A stretch of 64,000 bases of DNA. Source: a virus. The position numbers and the translations under genes are program-made. The stretch's first letter is position 1. Every line of letters starts with the position of its first letter. Positions 10,043 through 19,045 of this stretch are shown here, piece by piece. The DNA is taken from the IMG/VR virus record IMGVR_UViG_3300025120_014381, positions 1-64,000 of that record; one strand, 5' to 3'. The notes under the pieces were generated by a model. The model was given only the letters and a program-made list of their open reading frames with translations, ran no database searches and was not told the origin of the DNA.

Positions 10043-10566
10043 TATTCTTCCGATTTAAAAAACTGTAAGTCTAAAATTAGTTCTACGTTGTTATCAATTA
10101 GAAAGTTTCGAGTACTTGAGGCAACAAAGTCTAAAAACCAACGTAATCTTTGCACTGTACACGTCATTTTAAAACAATATTTTTCTTGGCCACATTCATC
10201 TATAACAGTTCCGTTATACTGACCTATTAATTTCACTTCCCTTGCTACTTTCTTTATTTCTAAAAGACCATTAACTATATACTCATCATCAACAATATCG
10301 ACACTAGTTGATTTAAATTTAATTTCAGGATAATTTTCACAATCAAAAAACTCATCAGATTTTAAGTGAATGTCCCGTTCTGGTTGTGATGTATAAAGAC
10401 TTGCAACATCAATAACACATTCAAGCTTTGCATCACTTAGATCTTCTTTTTCTGAGATTATTGTTGATTCATAGTTGTTAAAACACCCACTCACAGATGA
10501 TATCATCATATGCTTTACTTTAAAAGAGATATCACTATGCGTTTGATCGATGATATATTTTGTCAT
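10042..10566 (-). CDS. YceI-family lipid/polyisoprenoid-binding protein
   Basis: IDQTHSDISFKVKHMMIS, RDIHLKSDEFFD...YPEIKFKST. Confidence 0.88.
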   Translation of the reverse strand: MTKYIIDQTHSDISFKVKHMMISSVSGCFNNYESTIISEKEDLSDAKLECVIDVASLYTSQPERDIHLKSDEFFDCENYPEIKFKSTSVDIVDDEYIVNGLLEIKKVAREVKLIGQYNGTVIDECGQEKYCFKMTCTVQRLRWFLDFVASSTRNFLIDNNVELILDLQFFKSEE

Positions 10567-10620
10567 ATAATTAACTCCCTTATCTTATAATTATATTCAC
10601 AAAACTAATTTGAGGTAAGT

Positions 10621-11442
10621 ATGGCAAAAATTAAAAATATGGGAACAGCAACAATGCGTTTTAGCGAAGGATTGATTGTTACCGGTTCTGCAGGAATAGA
10701 TGAACATTCACTAGTCGTAACAGGAAGTTCCCGAATAATTGGTAATCTAATTGTTGACAGTCGCATTGGAATTGGAACAGAAAGCCCAGACTACAAACTA
10801 GAAATCGGTGGTAGCATGTCAATCGGTGAATATATTTATCATAGAAATGATACAGATACATTTATTAGATTCGAAGCCAACAAAGTTAGTATTGATGCTG
10901 GTGCTTCTAGTGGTGATGTAATTCTGTCAGGAAGTGTGCATGCGCCTAATGGTATTACAGGTTCTATAACAAATGCTGTTTCTGACATGGATGGTAATAG
11001 AATTTTAGGCGGTTTATATCAGCTTGACGACGGCTTAATTCAAAATCCTAATTCAAGTTATAGTAGAATTTACTTTCCCGCTGATGATACACTCGTAGAG
11101 ACAGTTGGACCAGTGTCTCATAATTATAAAATAGCACCATTTAATGGTGAACTAATAAAAATGCAAGTCAAGTCAATTCAAGATTTTACTGGGAAAGCAC
11201 TAACAGCTTCGCTTCATGTAGGTACAGGTACAAATAATGCATACAGCGCCACACCTGCTGTCTCTGTTGTGCTCAATGGTCAAGCTGCTCATTCCGTGTA
11301 TACCTTTGATTTTCTTGGAAGAAGTGGAACAACATTTAGCGAAGGTAATATATTTGGATTTAGCTTAGAATTGTCTGAAAATTTTGCCGGCAACGAAACA
11401 ATACACTTTACATCAGTTGTTAGATTTAATCCTTACTCTTAA
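10621..11442 (+). CDS. Tail-fibre/virion structural-like protein
   Basis: IGIGTESPDYKLEIGG repeat unit; TGS/SGS-rich. Confidence 0.6.
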   Translation: MAKIKNMGTATMRFSEGLIVTGSAGIDEHSLVVTGSSRIIGNLIVDSRIGIGTESPDYKLEIGGSMSIGEYIYHRNDTDTFIRFEANKVSIDAGASSGDVILSGSVHAPNGITGSITNAVSDMDGNRILGGLYQLDDGLIQNPNSSYSRIYFPADDTLVETVGPVSHNYKIAPFNGELIKMQVKSIQDFTGKALTASLHVGTGTNNAYSATPAVSVVLNGQAAHSVYTFDFLGRSGTTFSEGNIFGFSLELSENFAGNETIHFTSVVRFNPYS

Positions 11443-11949
11443 TCATTCTGGAAACCAAAATTTAGTTCCCATTTGCATATACGCTGGATGCATAATATGA
11501 CCAACAACTTCGACATGACCTAATCCAAGTGCATGACCTAATTCGTGCTCGAGTAATAAGTCAAGATTATATGTACCAGGCCTGAGTTTGATTACTGCAC
11601 CCCTCATCCAGCGAAGCTGTGTATATCTTGCAGTTTGCCCTAATACATTTATATTGTTTAACCTGGCATCACGTCTTATGATAATAAACCCTTCTAGATA
11701 TTCGTGGGCGCATGTTTCTTTTGAAGGATTCATTTCGTACATTGCTATTGGAAACCCTCTAAGCGTCCAGTAGTTAATGGCTCTAATAACAACAATTTCA
11801 GGGAGAGGTTTACCATAGCAGTTTAAAATAACAGGAGGTTCTGGCCACACCCATGCTTGAAAAACATTTGCTTCGTAAACTCTTTTCATTCCTAGTCCTA
11901 AAAAGAAACCAAAAATTAATGTAATAAAAAGATTAAACTGTTTACTCAT
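11443..11949 (-). CDS. Matrixin-type (metzincin) metallopeptidase, membrane-anchored or secreted
   Basis: HELGHALGLGH plus Met-turn IMHP; N-terminal hydrophobic segment. Confidence 0.85.
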   Translation of the reverse strand: MSKQFNLFITLIFGFFLGLGMKRVYEANVFQAWVWPEPPVILNCYGKPLPEIVVIRAINYWTLRGFPIAMYEMNPSKETCAHEYLEGFIIIRRDARLNNINVLGQTARYTQLRWMRGAVIKLRPGTYNLDLLLEHELGHALGLGHVEVVGHIMHPAYMQMGTKFWFPE

Positions 11950-13528
11950 CGCCGCATCCCCAAACTGCGTATTCTATTGTTATTGTTTGCCCGGGATCTG
12001 GTATGTTTCTTTCGTTAAATAACACAGAGTTAGTGGACGGTTCATACACCCACTCATAAGTCAGCTGGCCATTAACTGTTACGCTTATTGTCGACTCAAT
12101 CGGGTCATTTTCATCTATAGCGAAAGATATTTGTGTTGTGACTGTGTTTGCAAGGTTCTGCATTTGTTGGCCCCAATCAGCAGCACATATTGAATACCAT
12201 GCTCCATTATACCTCTGGGTCATATCATAATAACCCGCGCCAAACTGTATATTACGATTTGATGATATATAAGGGAAATTACATCCACCTGGGTAATCAC
12301 CTATCACAGCAAATTGTCTCATTAAATCAATAGATAATTTAAAACTATCAAAGAAGTTTGTATACGATATCCAACCTCCTTGTGAATGATCTGGTTCATC
12401 AGAAACATAGATTATCACCATAGTTGCATTTTCTCTATAGTAATGATTTCCTGGCGCAGCATCTCCTTCTAATGCATATTTTGCCATTTCAATACCCTTT
12501 TCCATTCCGCTCCCCCTAATCCCAATAGAAGAAATTACATTTTGCACCCACAAAACCGGGCTTGGATGTGTTGAATCAATCCAAGAATATCCGTCATATT
12601 GTCTAAACCTTGCTTCGTCTGTTGTAATAACAGCAAGATGATAATCTGAACCGGTACTTTCAAATACATTCATAAAAGAGTTCATTTGACTACTAAGCTC
12701 TTGTTGAAATATATTCATTGATCCGGAGTTATCAACTACAAAAAGCACATCTAAAAGAGATATCTCTTCTTGAATATTCGTTTGTGTGTGCCAATGCTCG
12801 ACGTCTCCTTCGCCATACTGCACCACCTCTGTAAGCGGCAATACTGGATCGTTTCCTTCTATTCTAATTACACTTTCATCATAACTAATATCAATCGGTG
12901 TATATGAAACTAGAAAATCAACTTCTTGCCCGGGCATTAATTCCCACGGTGGTGGAGGTAAGCTTCCCATTTCCATAATTATGTCTTGCGGTTGTGTTAC
13001 CATTTGTGTGACGCTGTCCACCGTCAACACCAGATTCCCGTCGTTGCGTATGGTGATTCTTTCTTCGTTGTCACATCCTATACTTATCTGACCGTAATCA
13101 AAGACTTCTGGTGTTACTGTCATGACTGGTGCGTCACCAAAACCAGAGACAGGCAACTCATACTCATTTTCATCTTCATCGTTAGTAACAAATCTAATTA
13201 AAGCGCCATTACTTTCGAAAGTCTCAGGAATATAATACACGTTAAATTCTTGTGTTTCTCCCGGGCCAATCGTGTAATTTTCTAATAAACTATCATCAAG
13301 GCTGAACCGGTCATTACCTGAAACTAGTTCTGGGTAGCTTATAATTAATTCTTCATCACCCGCATTAATAACAGCAAAAGTTGCTTGTCCAGATTCTAAT
13401 CCGGACTGTAAATGTCCAAATTCAATAGATTCAGGATAAACAACTAATTCTGGCTCAGTTTGTATTACTTTGTTGACGCCGTAATCATTGCAAGAAAGAA
13501 ACAGTAAAGCAAATAGAATGTACCACAT
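11942..13528 (-). CDS. Lipoprotein with two Ig-like (ASH-type) domains and a vWA domain
   Basis: Lipobox LFLSC; two P..F..G....N.G...L repeats; MIDAS DVLFVVDNSGSM; VSDEPD. Confidence 0.8.
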   Translation of the reverse strand: MWYILFALLFLSCNDYGVNKVIQTEPELVVYPESIEFGHLQSGLESGQATFAVINAGDEELIISYPELVSGNDRFSLDDSLLENYTIGPGETQEFNVYYIPETFESNGALIRFVTNDEDENEYELPVSGFGDAPVMTVTPEVFDYGQISIGCDNEERITIRNDGNLVLTVDSVTQMVTQPQDIIMEMGSLPPPPWELMPGQEVDFLVSYTPIDISYDESVIRIEGNDPVLPLTEVVQYGEGDVEHWHTQTNIQEEISLLDVLFVVDNSGSMNIFQQELSSQMNSFMNVFESTGSDYHLAVITTDEARFRQYDGYSWIDSTHPSPVLWVQNVISSIGIRGSGMEKGIEMAKYALEGDAAPGNHYYRENATMVIIYVSDEPDHSQGGWISYTNFFDSFKLSIDLMRQFAVIGDYPGGCNFPYISSNRNIQFGAGYYDMTQRYNGAWYSICAADWGQQMQNLANTVTTQISFAIDENDPIESTISVTVNGQLTYEWVYEPSTNSVLFNERNIPDPGQTITIEYAVWGCGDE

Positions 13529-13570
13529 AAAACACCCCCATATTTTTAAATATAGGAAATATTTTATTTT

Positions 13571-13756
13571 TTACGAAAATGTCACATGATCTGACAATAA
13601 AGCGTCAATTTTTTTGATTGTTTCACCTATTAGCTCAATGTGTTCGATTTCTCGCATAATAGCGTTGCGATTACTTCTCCAGTCATTTCTTTTCTGAAAA
13701 TTTTCTATTAACGTCATTCTAATGTTGACTAGTGCTTGTATTGTTTCTTTATCCAT
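13571..13756 (-). CDS. Small hypothetical protein
   Basis: AAGGAG RBS; overlaps upstream stop. Confidence 0.6.
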   Translation of the reverse strand: MDKETIQALVNIRMTLIENFQKRNDWRSNRNAIMREIEHIELIGETIKKIDALLSDHVTFS

Positions 13757-14321
13757 TCGTCACTCCTTGTAAAAACCAGTCAGGTGTTTTTGAACGAGGT
13801 TCCCACTTAGCAAACCTGACCTTGTCTTTAATATAATACTTTCTATAGCTTTGTATAGGATCATCACCAACTTTATATTCTTCTTTCATGCAGATAGGAA
13901 ATGGAGTTCTACCTTTCACAGGAAAGCTGGCAGGACCATTTTTTATGAGCCAATGATAAACCTCAGTAGACTTGTGAATCTTGTCATACCTCAAATTATA
14001 CTCACGTAGTAAACACCGCATTAACTCCATATGCCAACCATAGTTTTCTGCCGACTGTCTAGTCCAGATAGTGCAAGGATGATTGACGTGTGTCAGTCCC
14101 CATGGTGGCTGTTTATCTTGAGGCACGTTAACCCTTAAATATTCTTTAGCGTCTCGCATCAGCTTAAAGTCTGATCTCGTTTTGCCAAACTTATCAAGCC
14201 AACTCATCCAGTGCGCAGCGCATCCCATTTGACCTGCCTCTAAAATCATTTTAACCACGTGTTTATTGCAGTGGTATTCTGCAGCCTTCTGAGGCTGTTC
14301 ATCTAATACGAACATATTCAT
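13749..14321 (-). CDS. Pyrimidine-dimer DNA glycosylase (DenV/Pyr_excise-like)
   Basis: MNMFVLD...A.YHCNKHVVKMILE.GQM, HVNHPCTIW, YRKYY..DK. Confidence 0.8.
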   Translation of the reverse strand: MNMFVLDEQPQKAAEYHCNKHVVKMILEAGQMGCAAHWMSWLDKFGKTRSDFKLMRDAKEYLRVNVPQDKQPPWGLTHVNHPCTIWTRQSAENYGWHMELMRCLLREYNLRYDKIHKSTEVYHWLIKNGPASFPVKGRTPFPICMKEEYKVGDDPIQSYRKYYIKDKVRFAKWEPRSKTPDWFLQGVTNG

Positions 14322-14323
14322 TT

Positions 14324-15118
14324 TTACTTTCCTAGTAAAGTGTTAATAATTTTAATTGTTTGTTCGGGGTTTTTAGTTTCAAAACTTCTGTTAGGATCTT
14401 TTTCTTTAATGACTTCATAAAGTTCTTTGTCGTTACCGTTCTGTCTACATCTATCACCAATAAACCAGATAGCGTCTTCTTGGCTAAAATTTCTCAAAAC
14501 AAGTGATTTGTCCCACCCACGTGGGTATATATCAAAAGATGTTGAACCACCTAGTTTAACGTCAACATTTTCATATAGTGGCGATCTAAAGTACGCGTCC
14601 AGTAAAGACGCTCTGATGTTATGCTTCACGTCTAATGTTTTCCACACTGTTCTCTCGTCATGACTAGCATTTCTCCCAATAGGGCACCAGTTTATCATAG
14701 ACCCGCGACAGTCAATAAAATTACCTGTCAGTGGAATATGTCTACTGTAAACTTTACGTTTGATGCGCAATTGATTTTCAATTAAGTGATATATAATATT
14801 TTTATACTTTACTTTACCAAGTTCTTTTTCCATAGACATGTTGTATATGACTTTTTCTAAATTAGCCTCATAACGTATGTACTTGGTGCCATTATGTGGA
14901 AAGTAATACAGCTTATCATGATCAAAATTAAAATCTTCAAACATGATAGTGCATTGTTCTTTGATGTAATCCATACCAGAGCCGGTAACAATTCCAATTT
15001 CATATCCACACTCGTGGAGGCCTTTAAGCATATCGAGAACTGAACGTTCCATCGCTTTTCTGGCAGGTGTTAGTGTACCATCCATATCAAACAAAACTAT
15101 TTTTTTCATGCTAATCAC
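14324..15118 (-). CDS. Eukaryotic-type (SEC53/PMM2-like) HAD phosphomannomutase
   Basis: LFDMDGTLTPAR, RGSMINWCPIGRN, GGSTSFDIYPRGWDK, FIGD...GND. Confidence 0.82.
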   Translation of the reverse strand: MISMKKIVLFDMDGTLTPARKAMERSVLDMLKGLHECGYEIGIVTGSGMDYIKEQCTIMFEDFNFDHDKLYYFPHNGTKYIRYEANLEKVIYNMSMEKELGKVKYKNIIYHLIENQLRIKRKVYSRHIPLTGNFIDCRGSMINWCPIGRNASHDERTVWKTLDVKHNIRASLLDAYFRSPLYENVDVKLGGSTSFDIYPRGWDKSLVLRNFSQEDAIWFIGDRCRQNGNDKELYEVIKEKDPNRSFETKNPEQTIKIINTLLGK

Positions 15119-15567
15119 TCCTTACAGAAGTTTCTAACTGCGTTTATCAACCAGGAAGAAGATTGTGGCTTATCATTTCCGCCCATCCCCCAGACCATTT
15201 GTATACCTAATTCTTTACACAAATCCATTTCAGGTGTATTTCTGTCTCCTCTATCTCCACCATTTGCAAAAATATGTGGGTCAAGATGACGTAATGTTTC
15301 ACAAACTGTGTTGTCATCGTCTTTAGCTTCAACAACATCAACAACGCCTTTGATTGCATACAATATTTCTTGTCTCTCTTCATAAGGCATAAAAGCGTAA
15401 CCTTTCTTTCGAACAAGCCATTCATCAGAATTTGCAATGACAATCACATTGCCAAGTTTTGATGCATCTTGTATCATTCTTACATGCCCTATGTGGATCG
15501 GATCAAAACCACCAGAAACACAAACTATTTTTTTATTATCTATAAGTTGTCTTTTTTCTTTTTTCAA
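15115..15567 (-). CDS. Cytidylyltransferase-family nucleotidyltransferase (TagD/RfaE-II-like)
   Basis: SGGFDPIHIGH (HxGH), NSDEWL..KKG, FANGGDR, QSSS. Confidence 0.85.
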   Translation of the reverse strand: MKKEKRQLIDNKKIVCVSGGFDPIHIGHVRMIQDASKLGNVIVIANSDEWLVRKKGYAFMPYEERQEILYAIKGVVDVVEAKDDDNTVCETLRHLDPHIFANGGDRGDRNTPEMDLCKELGIQMVWGMGGNDKPQSSSWLINAVRNFCKE

Positions 15568-15797
15568 TGTGCTTTACCCTTTATATCGTAGTATGTAACG
15601 TTTATTATTCTACCTTGTGCCAAAACTTTGTACACTTTTTCCCAAATTAATTCTTTTGTACACCACAAATCATCATATTCTTTAGTATATCTCTTGTCGT
15701 GCTCTGACAATATTACGCCGATAAAAAAAGCGTTGTCATTCTTAGACAACGCTCTACCACGCACAATTACTAAGTCACCTTTCTTATAAGAAGACAA
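15564..15797 (-). CDS. Small SH3/KOW-like hypothetical protein
   Basis: YKKGDLVIV start; GGAGG RBS. Confidence 0.6.
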   Translation of the reverse strand: MSSYKKGDLVIVRGRALSKNDNAFFIGVILSEHDKRYTKEYDDLWCTKELIWEKVYKVLAQGRIINVTYYDIKGKAH

Positions 15798-15822
15798 CTT
15801 AAACCTCCAAGCTGAGAATATT

Positions 15823-16371
15823 TTAGCCTACACCTTCAAAAGATGCTGTACCGTTGATGCTACCTGTTAAAGACGGGAATTCACCGCTAGATATCATGGT
15901 CAAACCTGCTAAAATAGAGAATGAAGTTGCATGAGCTGCGGCAGGTGTGTTATCAGATGCGTTTGACATAAAAAATATTTCTTTGCAACGTATGTCTAAA
16001 TTAATCACTGTACCGAAAGTATCTGGATTTTGTGCTTTAGTGGCGGAAGCTGAGGGTATCAAGAAAAAGTTTCTATTATCTGTAGCTGAGATTGATGTTT
16101 TTGCTGATCCTCCGAGACTCACAGGCAACCTTTCTCCAGGTGCAAACATGCCTCGTTTGCTAAAACCAACTCTTAATTCATTCGCGCCAGTATTCCTGAT
16201 AGTTATGTGCTTCGTAACAAAAGGGAACGAAACAGAAACTGGCTCTGGGCTAGCACTATTTGCATCAATACCTTTTACTTCTGATGCTGCTGAACTCGTT
16301 ACGAAAGGTATACCACTTACTTGATACGCAGGTACAAAACTCGGACCTGACTTTGGCCAATTTATTGACAT
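15823..16371 (-). CDS. Probable virion structural protein
   Basis: PAYQVSGIPFVTSS, Ser/Ala/Gly-rich beta-type composition; AGGAG RBS. Confidence 0.55.
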   Translation of the reverse strand: MSINWPKSGPSFVPAYQVSGIPFVTSSAASEVKGIDANSASPEPVSVSFPFVTKHITIRNTGANELRVGFSKRGMFAPGERLPVSLGGSAKTSISATDNRNFFLIPSASATKAQNPDTFGTVINLDIRCKEIFFMSNASDNTPAAAHATSFSILAGLTMISSGEFPSLTGSINGTASFEGVG

Positions 16372-16441
16372 TGTAATCTCCTATTTTACTCTATGATATT
16401 AATTATCTGTCACAACTGATAAAATATACCATTCTTCTAAT

Positions 16442-16765
16442 TTACCTTTTGTCAGCACTGTCAGATAATTTGGGTGCACTTGGTTGTTTTTTACGACGAT
16501 TCCTAGTTTTTTTTGTTTTTTGTGTTTTACTAGTTTGCCTATGTACCTTTCGCTCATCTTTTGCTTCTTCCAACTTATCATCTTTATGACTAACAGCTTT
16601 GTTATATTCTTGCAAGCCACAAGGAATAAATCCGCGATATTCACAATATTCTATTAACCTTTCGTATGAAGTTAATTTATTTTTGTCGATAAAGATTTTT
16701 AAATTGGTTTTGTTTCGACGGAGTATATACTCTAATTTAATGCTCATAATCATCACCCTCCCCAA
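16442..16765 (-). CDS. Hypothetical protein with basic C-terminus
   Basis: ORF track; coupled to neighbours. Confidence 0.55.
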   Translation of the reverse strand: MGRVMIMSIKLEYILRRNKTNLKIFIDKNKLTSYERLIEYCEYRGFIPCGLQEYNKAVSHKDDKLEEAKDERKVHRQTSKTQKTKKTRNRRKKQPSAPKLSDSADKR

Positions 16766-17015
16766 GTTTTTGATAAAACCCGTTATCTATATATACTTCG
16801 GTGAATAAGTTTTTAACTAGTTTGAATGCAGCATTGCCATACTTTTGTTTAATATTTTCCAAGATTTCCCCTGGGTGATGATGTGCATCACTACTTAAAC
16901 TAGCTTGGATATCTGCTAAGAGAGTGTCAGACATGTCTTGATCCCAGTCGACACTCTCAAGTAAGGCAGTTCTAAAATTTAGATCTAGAAAAATTGATTT
17001 ATTATAGTCTGTCAA
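16737..17015 (-). CDS. Hypothetical protein
   Basis: ORF track; GAGG RBS. Confidence 0.55.
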   Translation of the reverse strand: MTDYNKSIFLDLNFRTALLESVDWDQDMSDTLLADIQASLSSDAHHHPGEILENIKQKYGNAAFKLVKNLFTEVYIDNGFYQKLGEGDDYEH

Positions 17016-17292
17016 CTACTTCCTCGCTCATAAAACCGCGAACTGAATCCTGAAAATCCGGATTAATAGCTAGCTTTTTTAAATCTTTTTCACTTAGCTT
17101 CAAATCATACAAGCTAGCTATTTCATCAGCAACTTTTATCAGTGCATTAACAAAAACGTTTCTTGCAGTTGAATGATTCATTTTAAAACCAGCATCGCGC
17201 ATTTCATCTGCTATTTCATGGTACGTCATACCATCAAACAACTTAGACGTACCGTAACCATTTTCACTTTTAAATCCTTTTGGCATTGCCAT
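17002..17292 (-). CDS. HTH protein resembling sigma region 4.2
   Basis: GMTYHEIADEM...MNHSTARNVFVNALIKV; own AGGGAG RBS. Confidence 0.7.
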   Translation of the reverse strand: MAMPKGFKSENGYGTSKLFDGMTYHEIADEMRDAGFKMNHSTARNVFVNALIKVADEIASLYDLKLSEKDLKKLAINPDFQDSVRGFMSEEVVDRL

Positions 17293-17313
17293 AATATATC
17301 TCCCTGTATTATT

Positions 17314-18063
17314 TTATTGTGCTAATTCTATTTCGTAAATATTTTCATCATTTTCGCTAACTTCAGATATACCAAATCGCATGCGAAGAACTAGTTCCTC
17401 ACGCTTAGTTAACGAAGTTAACGCCTTAACAATCCTAGCTCTGATTAGTTGATTATCCAGAATCTGTTCAATGTTTAGACTGTCATTGTCGGGTATTATG
17501 TCACCAAGTGTCCTGTTACCTTCTTCACCAATTTGCTGGTCAATAGACGCAACGCTTTTTGTTTTTACTGCTTCTAGCGCATTACGAACATGTTTTTCTG
17601 TTAAGCCAAGCGCTTCACAAATCTCGTCCATTGTAGGTTCATGGCCAAACTCGTCTTGGTACTCCTGCCTGAGTTGCCAAATTTTTCGAGCATTTGCTAA
17701 AGTATGGGAAGGAACTTTTAAGAGTGTGCTGTTTGAAGTCAAACTACGTGTGACAGCTTGTTTTATCCACCAACAAGCGTATGTTGAAAATTTAAAACCT
17801 TTGCGCCAATCAAATTTTTCAACAGCTTTGATTAATCCAATGTTGCTTTCTTGAATTAAATCTTCTAAGCTGCCACCATACTTGGCATATTTTTTGGCAA
17901 TTGAAATAGCCAATCTAAGATTGGATTCAATCATTATTCGTCTTGCTCTTAAGTCACCAGCTTCAATTCGTTTTGCTAATTCGACTTCTTGTTCTCTGGT
18001 CAAAAGCTTTGTGTGTCTTTTTATATCTCGAAAATACATCTCGAGAGAGGTTTTTGTTTCCAT
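17314..18063 (-). CDS. RpoD/SigA-like sigma factor lacking the region 4.2 HTH
   Basis: Regions 1.2, 2 (NLRLAISIAKKY, DLIQE, FKFSTYACWWIKQA) and 3 present; ends shortly after LTKREELVLRMRFGI; start revised to ATG 18063 (GGAG RBS). Confidence 0.92.
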   Translation of the reverse strand: METKTSLEMYFRDIKRHTKLLTREQEVELAKRIEAGDLRARRIMIESNLRLAISIAKKYAKYGGSLEDLIQESNIGLIKAVEKFDWRKGFKFSTYACWWIKQAVTRSLTSNSTLLKVPSHTLANARKIWQLRQEYQDEFGHEPTMDEICEALGLTEKHVRNALEAVKTKSVASIDQQIGEEGNRTLGDIIPDNDSLNIEQILDNQLIRARIVKALTSLTKREELVLRMRFGISEVSENDENIYEIELAQ

Positions 18064-18076
18064 ATTATTTATCTCC

Positions 18077-18097
18077 AATGTTTAATGTTTAATGTTT
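18077..18097. repeat. 7-bp tandem repeat (AATGTTT x3) in the sigma 5' UTR
   Basis: Read directly. Confidence 0.7.
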
Positions 18098-18110
18098 AGT
18101 TTGTATTGTT

Positions 18111-18139
18111 ATTATACTATGAAAGTGCGCAGGTTACAC
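18111..18139 (-). promoter_or_regulatory. Promoter GTGTAA-N17-TATAAT upstream of sigma gene
   Basis: Exact spacing; motif recurs elsewhere in the window. Confidence 0.75.
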
Positions 18140-18147
18140 CTGCGCAC
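18125..18147 (-). terminator. Hairpin after hsp20 (probable terminator) overlapping the sigma promoter
   Basis: GTGCGCAGG-N5-CCTGCGCAC 9-bp stem; short U tract on minus strand. Confidence 0.55.
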
Positions 18148-18163
18148 CCATAATTATTATTAA

Positions 18164-18571
18164 TTACTGTACAGTAATTGTTTTTGTTTCTGGTTTACGC
18201 TCTTGTAACAAAGGTACAGTGATCTGTAAAATACCTGCGTTATAAGCTGCATCGATACCATCAACGTTTACACCCTGAGGTAAATTCCAAGAGCGCTCAA
18301 AGGATGCATACTGAACAAACTCTTGTTGTACGTACTTTGTACGTTGTGACTCATTTAAATGTCCTTGAACACTGAGTACATTGTTTTTAATGTCAATTTT
18401 AAAATCGTTCCTTGCAAATCCTGGAACATATAAATAAAAATTAAAACCACCATCATCAGCTTGAGAAATGTTGCACTGTGGGTATACGTTTTTCGCAGTA
18501 CGCCTTGACTTGAGCCCTGACATGTCATTAATAAATTTATCATCAAAAAAATCATTTATAAAATACTTCAA
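18164..18571 (-). CDS. Small heat-shock protein Hsp20
   Basis: YPQCNI, VPGF, FERSWNLP, AAYNAGILQITVP. Confidence 0.92.
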   Translation of the reverse strand: MKYFINDFFDDKFINDMSGLKSRRTAKNVYPQCNISQADDGGFNFYLYVPGFARNDFKIDIKNNVLSVQGHLNESQRTKYVQQEFVQYASFERSWNLPQGVNVDGIDAAYNAGILQITVPLLQERKPETKTITVQ

Positions 18572-18628
18572 ATTATCCTCCTCTGTTAGTCATGAAGTTA
18601 ATACTAGCGTATACTAGCTAGTGTATTA

Positions 18629-18657
18629 ATAATAATCACAGTTTTTTATATTTACAC
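18629..18657 (-). promoter_or_regulatory. Promoter GTGTAA-N17-TATTAT upstream of hsp20
   Basis: Matches recurrent motif. Confidence 0.65.
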
Positions 18658-18673
18658 CCCTTTTTTAAAAAAA

Positions 18674-19012
18674 TTAAAAAATAAGTTTCTTGCCTTTCAT
18701 TGTTATGTTTCTCTTGTTGAAAGATTGCACAGCAACAGTTTTTACGCCTGGTAATTTCTTCACCAAGTTCGATACATTCTTTAAACTCTGATATATTTCG
18801 TCAGACTGTGGTAAATATTTTATACTCAGTGGTAACAGGCCGTCGCCGTCTGAGAAACGTGCAACTTTATCTTTTTGGCCAACAACAGCGATACCAGGAA
18901 GAATTCTAATCCGCGTCATCAAATCAGGTACGTGAACTTCATTTTCTATCTTAAGTGTGACCACAGCTGTCGCTAGTTTTCTCTTTAATTTATAGTTAGT
19001 TGCATTTGACAT
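18674..19012 (-). CDS. Hypothetical protein
   Basis: ORF with GGAG RBS; TRIRILPGIAVV. Confidence 0.6.
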   Translation of the reverse strand: MSNATNYKLKRKLATAVVTLKIENEVHVPDLMTRIRILPGIAVVGQKDKVARFSDGDGLLPLSIKYLPQSDEIYQSLKNVSNLVKKLPGVKTVAVQSFNKRNITMKGKKLIF

Positions 19013-19045
19013 GTGAACTCCGAACTATTAATAACTATATAATAA

